DNA of 64,000 nucleotides from Bryobacteraceae bacterium (GTDB taxonomy: Bacteria; Acidobacteriota; Terriglobia; Bryobacterales; Bryobacteraceae): the NCBI GenBank assembly GCA_049511495.1, contig JBEKXZ010000003.1, positions 117,411 through 181,410 of the forward strand, in the 5' to 3' direction. A program made the position numbers and the translations under genes. Positions 27,086 to 36,815 of the stretch are shown here, piece by piece (the first letter of the stretch is position 1; each line of letters starts with the position of its first letter). Below the pieces are notes generated by a model. That model saw nothing but the letters and a program-made list of their open reading frames with translations. It had not been told where the DNA came from and did not search any database.

Positions 27086-27541
27086 CTAGTTCGGCTTGAC
27101 CAAGCCCGGCGCACCGCTCACGCGGGAGAGAAGCGGTGTCGCTGGCCGTGCGCCACTGGCCAGGGCCAAATGCCGCTCCGCCGCCGTCCCGGCCGTCCGG
27201 AATTCATGCTGCACCATGCGGACGGCCGTGCGCCGGCCATCCGAACGGACAATCTTGCCATGTACCACCAGTTGTAGTTGGGCCATGTTATGCAGCATTA
27301 CCGGCCAGGCGACCGAAAGCTCTACGTCGAGGCCAGCCGGCAGCGGACGCCCGGCATCGAAGAGGATTCCGCCGCTGGACACATCCACCGTCCGGCCCTC
27401 GCCGCTCTCCAGCACGCGGCGGCGCCGGATCAGTCTCCAGCGCAACTCCAGTTCGAGCCCATAGCGCTTGTCCCGGCGCCGATCTCCGGCGATCGTGTCG
27501 AATTCCTGAACGGTCTCATCCCAATCTATAGGGCGCGTCAT
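27086..27541 (-). CDS. PilZ domain protein
   Basis: 151 aa. RRRDKR ... DVSSGGILF matches the RxxxR / D-x-S-x-x-G c-di-GMP binding pattern. Confidence 0.65.
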   Translation of the reverse strand: MTRPIDWDETVQEFDTIAGDRRRDKRYGLELELRWRLIRRRRVLESGEGRTVDVSSGGILFDAGRPLPAGLDVELSVAWPVMLHNMAQLQLVVHGKIVRSDGRRTAVRMVQHEFRTAGTAAERHLALASGARPATPLLSRVSGAPGLVKPN

Positions 27542-27720
27542 CCTCTATCTCGGTCCGTCATCTGAAGTAGTCTACATTATGCAGACCCACGAACGTGCCC
27601 TAAAGTCGTGGCGGTACGTACCGGGTAACAGCGGTTCTACAACGTTACCTGTTAACGCTGCTGCCCAAATGTTTAGCTGGAGCCCTGCTATCCTCAAAGA
27701 AAGTGCAGGAGCAATAAACT

Positions 27721-29247
27721 GTGATGGGACACCGTTTAACCCTGGTACTGCTGCTCGCGGCCGCTGTCCTGCCAGCGCAAGACGTGAGGGAGTTCGAGAA
27801 GAAGGTGACGGAGTTCGCCTTGGCCAATGGTCTACACTTCACCGTGGTGGAGCGGCACGAGGCCCCTGTTGTATCTTTCCACACATTTGTGAACGCGGGC
27901 TCCGCGAACGATCCCGCGGGCGAAACCGGCCTCGCCCACATGTTCGAGCACATGGCGTTCAAGGGCACCGAAAGCATCGGCACCAAGAATTGGGCCGCCG
28001 AGAAGAAGGCCCTGCAAGATGTGGAAGACATTTACGACCAGATGGAAGCCGAACGCAACAAAGGGCCTAAAGCCAACCAAAACCAGATCGATTACTTGCG
28101 GATGCAGCTCAAACAGGCGATTAACGTGGCGCAATCCTACGTGGAATCGAACGAGTACACGCGCATCATCGAAGAAAACGGCGGCGCCGGTCTCAACGCG
28201 GACACCTCCTTCGATTACACGGAGTACTTCTACAGCCTGCCTTCCAACCGCATCGAGCTCTGGTTTCTGCTGGAGTCGCAGCGCTTTCTGCACCCTGTGT
28301 TCCGCGAGTTCTACCAGGAACGCGACGTGGTGCAGGAGGAAAATCGCATGCGCAACCAGCCCGGCTCGGAGGGTCAGTTGATGCGGGATTTTGTGGCCAC
28401 CGCTTTCGCGGCCTTCCCGTATCGCAATCCGCCCGGCGGCTGGCCCAGCGACGTGGATAACCTGCGGCGCGGCATGGCGCAGGCGTTTTTCGACAAATAC
28501 TACGTGCCCGCGAACATCAATCTCGCCATCGTGGGCGATGTGGATCCAGCACAGGCCCGGCGCCTGGCGGAACGCTACTTCGGCCCTATGCCGGCGCGTC
28601 CGCTGCCGCCGTTGATTCACACCGTCGAGCCGGTCCAGGACGGAGAGAAAACGGCCGTCGTGGAATCGCAGAGCCAGCCGCTGTTCGTCGCCGGCTTCAA
28701 GCGCCCCGGCCAGGACGACCCCGACGATCCGGTGTACGAGGTCATCTCGCTGATTCTCTCGGGCGGCCGCACCAGCCTGCTCTACAAAGAGCTGGTGCAA
28801 GAGAAAAAGATCGCGATCGAGGCGGAGGCATCGCCCGCCTACCCGGCGTCGCGCTATCCGAACCTGTTCGTCATTTTCGTCGCGCCCGCGGTGGGGCATA
28901 CCGTGGTGGAGAACCAAAAGGCGCTGGAGGACCTGCTGACGCGGTTTGTGGCGCAGAAAATCAATGCGGAGACCTTGCAGCGCGTCAAGACCCAGGCTCG
29001 CGCGTCGTTGATTCGCCGGCTGGACAGCAACGCCGGCCTGGCATCCTTGCTGGCGGCGAATTACGGCAGTTATGGGGATTGGCGGAAGCTGTTCACCCAG
29101 CTTGATGACCTGAACAAGGTGACCGCCGAAGATGTCGAGCGGGTGGCGCGTAGCTGCTTCGTGGCGCATAACCGCACGGTGGCTTTCACGGCGGCGCCGA
29201 GTGCGCTCCGGCCGGCGCCCGCCAACGCCGGGGAGAACCGGCAATGA
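27721..29247 (+). CDS. M16 family zinc peptidase, catalytic subunit
   Basis: 508 aa (GTG 27721, ATG 27724). Signal peptide. Inverted zinc motif HMFEHMAFKGT. Confidence 0.85.
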   Translation: MMGHRLTLVLLLAAAVLPAQDVREFEKKVTEFALANGLHFTVVERHEAPVVSFHTFVNAGSANDPAGETGLAHMFEHMAFKGTESIGTKNWAAEKKALQDVEDIYDQMEAERNKGPKANQNQIDYLRMQLKQAINVAQSYVESNEYTRIIEENGGAGLNADTSFDYTEYFYSLPSNRIELWFLLESQRFLHPVFREFYQERDVVQEENRMRNQPGSEGQLMRDFVATAFAAFPYRNPPGGWPSDVDNLRRGMAQAFFDKYYVPANINLAIVGDVDPAQARRLAERYFGPMPARPLPPLIHTVEPVQDGEKTAVVESQSQPLFVAGFKRPGQDDPDDPVYEVISLILSGGRTSLLYKELVQEKKIAIEAEASPAYPASRYPNLFVIFVAPAVGHTVVENQKALEDLLTRFVAQKINAETLQRVKTQARASLIRRLDSNAGLASLLAANYGSYGDWRKLFTQLDDLNKVTAEDVERVARSCFVAHNRTVAFTAAPSALRPAPANAGENRQ

Positions 29248-31409
29248 TCAGGCTCTCCGTGCTGGCGCTAGTGGCCGCCGGTTACGCAGCCGCCCAAGTG
29301 CCGCCGCCTCAGCAGTCCGCGGCGGCGCAGCACAAAAGTGCCGCCGCTCCAACCCCGAAGGCCGCCGCCGCGCCAGTGCCATCGTGGAAGGACCTCGTCT
29401 ATCCGCCACTCCATACCGTCGCGATCCCTGACGTCGAAAGCATTACCCTGCCCAACGGCATGAAGCTCTATCTTCTCGAAGACCACGAACTGCCCCTGGT
29501 TCACGGCGCCGCGCGCATCCGCACCGGCAACCTGTTCGATCCGCCGGAGAAGATCGGCCTGGCGACCTTGACCGGCATGGTGCTGCGCACCGGTGGAACC
29601 CGCGCCAAGACTGGCGAGCAGCTTGATGAGGAGCTGGAAAACATCGCCGCTAGCGTGGAAAGCGACATCGACGAGACCTTGGGCTCGGTGAGCTTCTCCT
29701 GCCTCAAGGAAAACCTGCCCGAGGTCCTGGCGGATTTTCATGATGTCCTCACGCAACCGGAATTCCGCCAGGACAAGCTCGACCTGGCCAGAACCGAACT
29801 GAGAGGCGGCATCGCCCGCCGCAACGACGAACCCCAAGGCATCGCCGAGCGCGAGTTCACCAATACCGTGTACGGCAAGAATACCCCTTATGGCTGGGAC
29901 ATAGAATACTCGACCATCAACCGCATCACCCGCTCCGATATGGTCAACTTCTACCGGCGCTATTTCTTCCCCGCCAACACGATGCTGGCGATCTGGGGCG
30001 ATTTCAGCGCGCCGGAGATGAAGGCCCGCCTGGAGAAGCTGTTCGCCGATTGGACCGTGGAGCAGCCGCCCGTGCCGGCCTTTCCGCCGGTCTCGGCCAA
30101 ACCCGCCGCGGGCACGTACCTGGCGGCCAAGTCCGATGTGACGCAGACCTTTTTCTCGATGGGGCAATTGGGCGGCGTGCTCAAGGACAAGGACTACCCG
30201 GCGCTGGAAATCATGGCCGACATTCTGGGCGGCGGATTTCAGAGCCGCCTGTTCCGCAAGGTGCGCACCGAGATGGGGAACGCGTACGAGATCGAAGCCG
30301 ATTGGGACGCCAACTACGATCACCCGGGCTTGTTCCTCATCTCGGGCAGCACCAAGTCGGTCTCCACCGTGGAGACGCTGCAGGCGATCCTCGAGGAAGT
30401 GGAGCGCATCCGCTCGACCGAAGTGAGTGAAGAGGAGCTCAAGACCGCCAAGGACGCGGCGCTTAACAGTCTGGTGTTCGCTTTCGACACCAAGGCGAAA
30501 ACGCTGGGCCGCATTCTCAACTACGAGTATTATGGATACCCGCGCGATTTCATCCAGCAATATCAGCGGGCAATCGAAGCCGTGACCCGCGCCGATGTGC
30601 TGCGCGCCGCCAAACAGCATCTCGCCCCGAACGATTTCACCATCGTGGCCGTGGGCAACCCCGAGCAGTTCGGCCAGCCGCTCGCCAAGCTCGGGCGGCC
30701 CGTCACTGCCATCGACCTCACCATTCCCGAGCCCAAGAAAGAAGCGGCCCAGGCCGATGCGGCCAGCCTGGCGAAAGGCCGGGAGATCATGGCGCGCGTG
30801 CAGCGTGCCGTGGGAGGCGCCGGCAAGCTGGCGGCGGTGAAGGATTTTACGGTGACCCAGTACGACCGGTTCGATCCCAGCGCCGGGCGGCTCGACTCGA
30901 GCGAGACCGACCGATGGATCGCCCCCAGCTATTTGCGGCAGGACAGCCGGGAGACCAGCGGGCCGCTCAGCATGTACTGCGATGGCAAGCTCGGCTGGTT
31001 TTCCACCCCGCGGGGCGCCGGGCCATTACGGGGCGCGACCTTGCAGGAGATGCGCAACGAAGTGTTCCATGTCTACTTCAGCCTGCTCGAAGCCGGCGGC
31101 GAGGGGGGCGCCAGCGTGGTGGCGGTGGACGACCGCACGGTCGAGATCTCCGCCGGCGATCAAATCGCTCGCCTGGCGATCGATGCGGCCACCGGGCTGC
31201 CGCAGCAACTGCTCTATGATTCGCCGCGGCCCAGCGGTCCGGCGCAGCCGATGGAAGAGGAGTACTCCGATTTTCACGAGGTGAATGGAATCCAGGTGCC
31301 TTTTCATGTGACCTATCGTCAGGGTGGCAAATATCTTGCCGAATCCGCGGTCAGCCAGTATCGGATCAACACCGGCCTTCAACTGGAGGATCTGGAGCGG
31401 CGCCCATGA
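29244..31409 (+). CDS. M16 family peptidase-like subunit (no HxxEH) with a roughly 230-aa C-terminal extra domain
   Basis: 721 aa. ATGA overlap with the upstream M16 gene. M16 fold motifs are present but the zinc motif is absent. The C-terminal domain is paralogous to the next gene product. Confidence 0.8.
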   Translation: MIRLSVLALVAAGYAAAQVPPPQQSAAAQHKSAAAPTPKAAAAPVPSWKDLVYPPLHTVAIPDVESITLPNGMKLYLLEDHELPLVHGAARIRTGNLFDPPEKIGLATLTGMVLRTGGTRAKTGEQLDEELENIAASVESDIDETLGSVSFSCLKENLPEVLADFHDVLTQPEFRQDKLDLARTELRGGIARRNDEPQGIAEREFTNTVYGKNTPYGWDIEYSTINRITRSDMVNFYRRYFFPANTMLAIWGDFSAPEMKARLEKLFADWTVEQPPVPAFPPVSAKPAAGTYLAAKSDVTQTFFSMGQLGGVLKDKDYPALEIMADILGGGFQSRLFRKVRTEMGNAYEIEADWDANYDHPGLFLISGSTKSVSTVETLQAILEEVERIRSTEVSEEELKTAKDAALNSLVFAFDTKAKTLGRILNYEYYGYPRDFIQQYQRAIEAVTRADVLRAAKQHLAPNDFTIVAVGNPEQFGQPLAKLGRPVTAIDLTIPEPKKEAAQADAASLAKGREIMARVQRAVGGAGKLAAVKDFTVTQYDRFDPSAGRLDSSETDRWIAPSYLRQDSRETSGPLSMYCDGKLGWFSTPRGAGPLRGATLQEMRNEVFHVYFSLLEAGGEGGASVVAVDDRTVEISAGDQIARLAIDAATGLPQQLLYDSPRPSGPAQPMEEEYSDFHEVNGIQVPFHVTYRQGGKYLAESAVSQYRINTGLQLEDLERRP

Positions 31410-32212
31410 CCGCCAAGCCGCGGTTGTTCTGCCTGCTGGCCTGCGCCGCGTTGGCGGGCGGCCTGTGGGCGCAGGAGGAAACGCGCCAGCAGCGCGGCAA
31501 GCGCGTAGTCGACGAAGCGCTGGCCGCGCTCGGCGGCGACGCATTCCTGCGCGTCGAGGACCGCGTGGAAGCCGGCCGCGCCTACTCCTTCTATAACGCG
31601 CAGCTTTCCGGGCTCTCGGTGGCCACCGTCTATACTCGCTACCTGGTCCCGGTGCCGGGTAAACTGGCCATGCGCGAGCGCGAGAATTTCGGAAAAAAAC
31701 AGGATGAGGGCTTCGTGCTGTTCAACGAAAACGGCGCTTGGGAAGTGAACTATCATGGTGCCAAGCCGATCGAGGACGAGCGGTTCAAGAATTACCAGGA
31801 GAGCGAGCTGCTGAACATCTTTTACATCCTGCGGCAGCGGCTCTCCGAGCCTGGCCTTTCGTTTTACTCGCAAGGCTCCGACGTTTTCGAGAATCAGCCG
31901 GTGGAAATCGTCGATATCACGGACGCCGACGGCCGCACCGTTACCGTCTATTTCAGCAAGTTCACCAAGCTCCCGTTGCGGCAGAGTTTCCGGCGCCGCA
32001 ACCCCACCTATGGCGACTTCGACACCGAAGTGACGGCCTTTGCCAAGTACCGCTCCACCGGCGGCATCGAGTGGCCGTACGACATCCGCCGCGAGCGCAA
32101 CGGGGACAAGATCTTCGAGATGTATTCGGAAAGCGTGGAGATCAACCAGAGCCTCGGCGATGAGTTATTCACCCTGCCGGCCGATGTGAAGCTGTTGCCA
32201 AAGGATAAATAG
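31406..32212 (+). CDS. Secreted protein paralogous to the C-terminal domain of the preceding M16 subunit
   Basis: 268 aa with a signal peptide. Shared motif order with residues from about 500 to 721 of the upstream protein (..GK/R..V.....A.GG...L; G.W....GA.P; VEI; ..NGI..P(F/Y)....). ATGA overlap. Confidence 0.6.
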   Translation: MTAKPRLFCLLACAALAGGLWAQEETRQQRGKRVVDEALAALGGDAFLRVEDRVEAGRAYSFYNAQLSGLSVATVYTRYLVPVPGKLAMRERENFGKKQDEGFVLFNENGAWEVNYHGAKPIEDERFKNYQESELLNIFYILRQRLSEPGLSFYSQGSDVFENQPVEIVDITDADGRTVTVYFSKFTKLPLRQSFRRRNPTYGDFDTEVTAFAKYRSTGGIEWPYDIRRERNGDKIFEMYSESVEINQSLGDELFTLPADVKLLPKDK

Positions 32213-33339
32213 TGCTTGCCGGGGAAGTGCAGGCGCCGGGGCGCGTGAACCTGATCGGCGAGCACATCGACTATCACGGCCTGCCTGTACTGCCCATCGC
32301 TATGGATCGCCGCATTCGCATCCGCTTCCGCGCGCGCGGCGACCGGCGCATTTGCGCCTCGAGCGCGGCGCCTTTCGGCCGGCGCGAATTCGCCTGGACC
32401 GGCGATTTGCAGCCGGTAGCCGCGGGTGATTGGGAGAATTACCTGCGCGCCGCCGCCAGCGCCGTGGCCTCGCGATGGGGTTTGTGCGCGGGCGTGGATG
32501 CCTGGATTGCCGCCGACCTGCCGCCGGCGGCGGGGCTTGCCTCCTCCTCCGCGCTGATCGTGGCGTTCACGCTGTGCCTGCTCGCAGCCAACGGGATCCA
32601 CGCCGGGTTCGAAGAGCTGATGGCGATTCTGCCCGAAGGCGAGCACTTCGTGGGCACGCGTGGCGGAGGAATGGATCACGCCGCGATCCTGGCGTCCCGC
32701 GCGGGCTGCGCTTCGCTCATCGAATTCGCGCCGCTCGCCGTGCGCCACATCGTGGTGCCGGGCGATTGGGCTTTTCTGGTGGCGCACAGCCTCGAGACGG
32801 CCGAAAAATCGGGAAGCGCGCGCACCGCCTACAATGCGCGGCGCCAGGCGGGTGCGGCCGCGCTCGCCCGGCTGGGCATGGCCAGTTACCGCGAGGTGAT
32901 CGCCGCGCCGCAACGGCATGCCGAATTGCTGGCGCGCCTGGCTGGTTCGAACGAGGATGCCGAGCGGGATGCCTTTCTGCACACCACCTCCGAATCTGCG
33001 CGCGTGACCGAAGCCGTCGCCGCGATCGAGGCCGGCGATGCCGCCGGCTTCGGCCGGCTGCTGACGGAATCGCAAGGCAGCCTGCGCGACCGCCTGCGCG
33101 TCAGCTCGCCCGCACTCGACCGGCTGGTGGATGCCGCTTTGGCCTGCGGCGCATTGGGCGCGCGGCTCACCGGCGCTGGCTTCGGCGGCGCCGTCGTCGC
33201 CGTAACCCGCAAGCCCGATTTGCCGGCGCTGCGCCACGGCCTGATCTCCAGTTACTATGACGGCCGCGCCGGCTTCTGCGAGGCCGATCACTTAATCGAT
33301 GCCCTCCCAGCCGCCGGCGCCGGTTTCGAAGTGCGTTGA
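32212..33339 (+). CDS. galK: Galactokinase (GHMP kinase family)
   Basis: 375 aa. GRVNLIGEHIDYHGLPVLP, PPAAGLASSSAL, TGAGFGGAVV. The GTG start overlaps the previous stop (TAGTG). Confidence 0.8.
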   Translation: MLAGEVQAPGRVNLIGEHIDYHGLPVLPIAMDRRIRIRFRARGDRRICASSAAPFGRREFAWTGDLQPVAAGDWENYLRAAASAVASRWGLCAGVDAWIAADLPPAAGLASSSALIVAFTLCLLAANGIHAGFEELMAILPEGEHFVGTRGGGMDHAAILASRAGCASLIEFAPLAVRHIVVPGDWAFLVAHSLETAEKSGSARTAYNARRQAGAAALARLGMASYREVIAAPQRHAELLARLAGSNEDAERDAFLHTTSESARVTEAVAAIEAGDAAGFGRLLTESQGSLRDRLRVSSPALDRLVDAALACGALGARLTGAGFGGAVVAVTRKPDLPALRHGLISSYYDGRAGFCEADHLIDALPAAGAGFEVR

Positions 33340-33437
33340 CGGCGGCTCGATCAACGGCGCCCCGGCCCCGACCGGTTGCCTGATATTTCATAAGCCGCAA
33401 ATTTGTACAATTGTTTGCAAGTAGAGCCGATTGCCAC

Positions 33438-34496
33438 ATGAGGCTCATGAATGCCATCATCGCAAGCTTCCTGGCGGCCGGGGCGCTCTGTGCTCAGCCA
33501 ACGCCTATCGGTGCCCAGGAAACCGACCGTGCGCGGCAACTGCTCAATTCGGCGCAGTGGGTGGATAAGGCATGGGGCGCTTACCCCGCCGGCCGTTTGC
33601 ACTCAGACGATCTCGATCAACTGTTGATCGAGCAGTTCCGCCAAGCCGCGCCTTTGCGCGACTCCCAATCCTACACCGACGAGTACGCATTCCTGGCTAC
33701 CCTGTTCGATGCGGCCATCGAAGCAGGCATCACGGTTCCGGCCGAGTTACTCGATCCATTTGAGGATAACTGGACTTACCCCGTCCTGATTCTGCTGGCT
33801 CGCGACACAAACAGCGAAGATTCACTGCTGAGACTTCGCCAGGAGAAGTCGCGAAACATCGTATGGCTGGCGGCCAACAACCTGCTCCTCGCGAGGAAGT
33901 CGCAGCCGTGGTACCGGGCTATTTTGGGGGAAATCAACATCACGCATAGATTCACAGTGACAGATCCGGGTGACGGCGGTGAAATCGGAGGCGGTCAGGG
34001 CGGCGGTGTATACAGCGATGGTGGCGCCAAGGTGCCGCAGGGCTTCCCGCCTGTAACGCTCTACCATCTAGTGGATTTCGGGCAGAAGGGCGATGTGCTC
34101 CTGGCGCGAGGTCCGAAGGATGTTTACTACAGGCGTACCATCGTGCCCACGGACAAACAGGTTGGTTTCGGGACGTCCGCTTCATCGCTCGACCGCATGG
34201 CGATCCGAATCGGATATCTGGCGCAACTTCGGTCTGTGCCCGTCGAGCAGGCGGAAAGACTGTTCCATAGCGAGACGCATATCCACTACACAAGCACGGA
34301 AAACTTCGAGCGCGAAGTCGAGCAAAGCATGAAAGCGCAAGGACAGGGCATCCGGGAGTTGGTTCAGGCGATTGAAAAAGGCGGGCTGCGCGCCCCCGGC
34401 ATACGTCTGCGGATCGTGCCCGAAGTGAATGATAGAAGAGAGAAAGCGACGGACCCGTTGCCGATTGTGGCGCCGAGAGACATCGATCTGGAATAA
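33438..34496 (+). CDS. Hypothetical secreted protein
   Basis: About 352 aa from MRLMNAIIASFLAAGALCAQ (signal peptide). AT-richer than its neighbours. Gly-rich GDGGEIGGGQGGGVYSDGG segment. No domain recognised. Confidence 0.5.
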   Translation: MRLMNAIIASFLAAGALCAQPTPIGAQETDRARQLLNSAQWVDKAWGAYPAGRLHSDDLDQLLIEQFRQAAPLRDSQSYTDEYAFLATLFDAAIEAGITVPAELLDPFEDNWTYPVLILLARDTNSEDSLLRLRQEKSRNIVWLAANNLLLARKSQPWYRAILGEINITHRFTVTDPGDGGEIGGGQGGGVYSDGGAKVPQGFPPVTLYHLVDFGQKGDVLLARGPKDVYYRRTIVPTDKQVGFGTSASSLDRMAIRIGYLAQLRSVPVEQAERLFHSETHIHYTSTENFEREVEQSMKAQGQGIRELVQAIEKGGLRAPGIRLRIVPEVNDRREKATDPLPIVAPRDIDLE

Positions 34497-34550
34497 AGTC
34501 CGCACGTCACTGACGCGAGGATGGGTTAGCGTATTTGCGAAGCGATGTAC

Positions 34551-36131
34551 TTATCGCGGAACGTTGTAGACCAGATACTCCGCGTTGGCGAAGAGCGGGC
34601 TTTCCGGCAGGCGGTGTTGGGGCTGGAGTACGATGTAGTCGATGCCCGCTGTTCCATACTTGGGCATGTCGGCGGGATGGAAGCCTTGGGCCATGGTTTC
34701 GGACCACCGGCGCCCCCACTCCTCGCTGAACTGGCGGTTGAAGTTCACCTGGCCGCCGCCTTTCCAATCCACATAAACGGCGCGCAGAGCTTCGGAACGG
34801 AAGACGCCAGGGGCGAGTGAATGGCCGGCATCGGCGAAGAGAAAGACAGCGTCCCGCGCGGTGGAGTGGGCGGCCCAATCGGAAAGCTGGCGTAGCTCCA
34901 GCGTCTCGATCCGCGGGTAGTTGACGATACCGCCGGCGAGCGGGATGAGGAGGAGCGCCGCGGCGCCGGCCAGCGGGGCGACGCGGAAGCGCACTGCGGC
35001 CGCGGCGATGGCGGCCACCAGCAACAGCACTGCGACGCGGCGCCACTGGTAGGGTTCGGTGACCACGGGCTGGAGCGGCAGCCAGCACGCTAGGGCAAAC
35101 CAGGCCGCCGATTCCCACCACTTCCGGGCAAGCGCGGCGTGCGCCCCGGCGACTGCGGCGAGGAACTGCATCAGCAAAGCCAGGAACAACAGCAGGCGCA
35201 TCGGCTGGAGCTGCGGCATCAGCACCCACCGGGCGCGCTCCAGCAGCAGCCAGGAGAGCGGCATGCTGGCCAGGCCCAGCAATGGCAGGCCCAACACGAA
35301 CGCGCGCAATTCGGCGGGGACGCACCGGCGAATACGGAGCCACGCGGCGGCGAGCGCGGCGGCGAGGAGCAGATGGTGAACGATGTAGCGGAGCGGCCAC
35401 CCGGAAAGCCAGATATAGGACGCGCGAAACCGCTGCAATTGCTCCTGCGGCGCGCCGATGCGTCCCCAGAACGGCTGCTGGGCGGCGCCGCCCTGGTGGG
35501 CTGCGGCGAACGCCAGAAGCGCCGCTGCCAGCGCCGGCGGAATCCAGGCCCGCCATTGGCGCCGGCGGAAAGTCGGCACGGCGAAAATCGCCAGAAACGC
35601 GAGCGTGGTGGAAGGATGGTACAGAAACGCGCACGCCGCCGCGATGCCGGCCGCCAGATAGCGCCGGTGCGCCGTGAGGCCGATGGCGAGCAAGACCAGT
35701 GGCAGCGCGAAGGCACGCGGGGTGGGCTCGTATTCGACGGTGAGCACGGCGGGGCCGGCGATGGCCGCGCCCAGCGAACAGAGCGCCGCCACCAGCACCG
35801 CCGGGCCCAGCTCTAGCCCGGCCGCGGTGGCCATCAGAATCAAACCCCAGATGCCCAAGGCGCGGCAGGCGATCTGCTGGACGGCCAGCACGTCGCGGAA
35901 TCCCAGACCAGTGGAGCTGCGCAGGGCGAGCGCGACTTCATCGTAGAGCGTATAGCCGACGTGCGGCTGCTGGACCAGAATGTCGTTGCGCAGCACCGCG
36001 GGATCGCGCAGATGTTCCAGCATCGGCGTCCAGATCTGCGAGTCTTGCTGGAGCCAGGTATGGCCGGGAAAGACGAAGAAGCTCGCCAGCGCCAGGGCCA
36101 GCGCAGCGGCGGCCACTTTGAGCCGCCTCAT
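34551..36131 (-). CDS. Large polytopic membrane protein (putative GT-C-type glycosyltransferase)
   Basis: About 526 aa from MRRLKVAAAALALA, chosen because of the ATGA overlap with the upstream TPR gene. More than 10 TM helices plus a soluble C-terminal domain. Confidence 0.6.
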   Translation of the reverse strand: MRRLKVAAAALALALASFFVFPGHTWLQQDSQIWTPMLEHLRDPAVLRNDILVQQPHVGYTLYDEVALALRSSTGLGFRDVLAVQQIACRALGIWGLILMATAAGLELGPAVLVAALCSLGAAIAGPAVLTVEYEPTPRAFALPLVLLAIGLTAHRRYLAAGIAAACAFLYHPSTTLAFLAIFAVPTFRRRQWRAWIPPALAAALLAFAAAHQGGAAQQPFWGRIGAPQEQLQRFRASYIWLSGWPLRYIVHHLLLAAALAAAWLRIRRCVPAELRAFVLGLPLLGLASMPLSWLLLERARWVLMPQLQPMRLLLFLALLMQFLAAVAGAHAALARKWWESAAWFALACWLPLQPVVTEPYQWRRVAVLLLVAAIAAAAVRFRVAPLAGAAALLLIPLAGGIVNYPRIETLELRQLSDWAAHSTARDAVFLFADAGHSLAPGVFRSEALRAVYVDWKGGGQVNFNRQFSEEWGRRWSETMAQGFHPADMPKYGTAGIDYIVLQPQHRLPESPLFANAEYLVYNVPR

Positions 36132-36799
36132 TTGGCGGGAGTCTTTTCGAGCTGCTGGCGCACCCAGACGCGGTTCGGGTCGAGTGCCAGCGCTTTGCCG
36201 AACGCCTGCCGCGCTTCGGCATCCTGATTCTGCTTCCGCAGGGCGATGCCGAGCCATGTCCAGGCTTCGGCGTTGCGCGAGTCGAGGTCGATCGCCTTGC
36301 GGAAATCGGCGACAGCCTCGGCGGCGCCGCCGCCAAGCTGCGCCGGCAGGTAATAATTGCCCACGCCGCGCGCCACCCAGACCGGCGAAGATTTGGGGGC
36401 CAGCGAGACGGCCTTGCTGACGGCGTCCTTGGCGCGCGGGCCGTAGTTCAGGCCGCTCAGCATATCGGTGATGGCCTGGCCGCAGAGGGTTGCCAGGATA
36501 CGGTAGTTTTCCGCGTCGTCCGGCTTCAGAGCGATGGCTTGGTCGGCCGCGTGGATGCCGCGGATGGCGGCCTGTTGCGCGGCCTTCTTGTCGTGCACCT
36601 CGATCTCCACTTCGGCGAGATAGGACGACGCCAGGGCTACCTGGAATTGCGCGGCGGCATCCTTCGGCGCCTTGGCGGCGGCAGCGGCGGCCTCGGCAAC
36701 CAGGCGTTCCAGGGCAGGACGGTCCTGGGTGTCCCGCGCCAGTTCGAGCGGCGAAAGGGTTCCGGCAAAGAAGCCGGCCATCAGCAAAGGCACAATCAT
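36128..36799 (-). CDS. TPR-repeat protein, membrane-anchored
   Basis: About 223 aa from MIVPLLMAGFFAG. TPR units (AEAWTWLGIALRKQNQDAEARQAFGKALALDPN). Its stop overlaps the start of the downstream membrane protein gene. Confidence 0.65.
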   Translation of the reverse strand: MIVPLLMAGFFAGTLSPLELARDTQDRPALERLVAEAAAAAAKAPKDAAAQFQVALASSYLAEVEIEVHDKKAAQQAAIRGIHAADQAIALKPDDAENYRILATLCGQAITDMLSGLNYGPRAKDAVSKAVSLAPKSSPVWVARGVGNYYLPAQLGGGAAEAVADFRKAIDLDSRNAEAWTWLGIALRKQNQDAEARQAFGKALALDPNRVWVRQQLEKTPAK

Positions 36800-36815
36800 A
36801 AGGATTTCAAGATCC

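Noticed and set aside
27579-28070. 163-aa plus-strand ORF starting in the spacer upstream of the first M16 gene (considered as a possible peptide precursor for the M16 pair)
   Set aside because: It runs out of frame across the M16 start and has no RBS. Its sequence lacks leader/core-like features.
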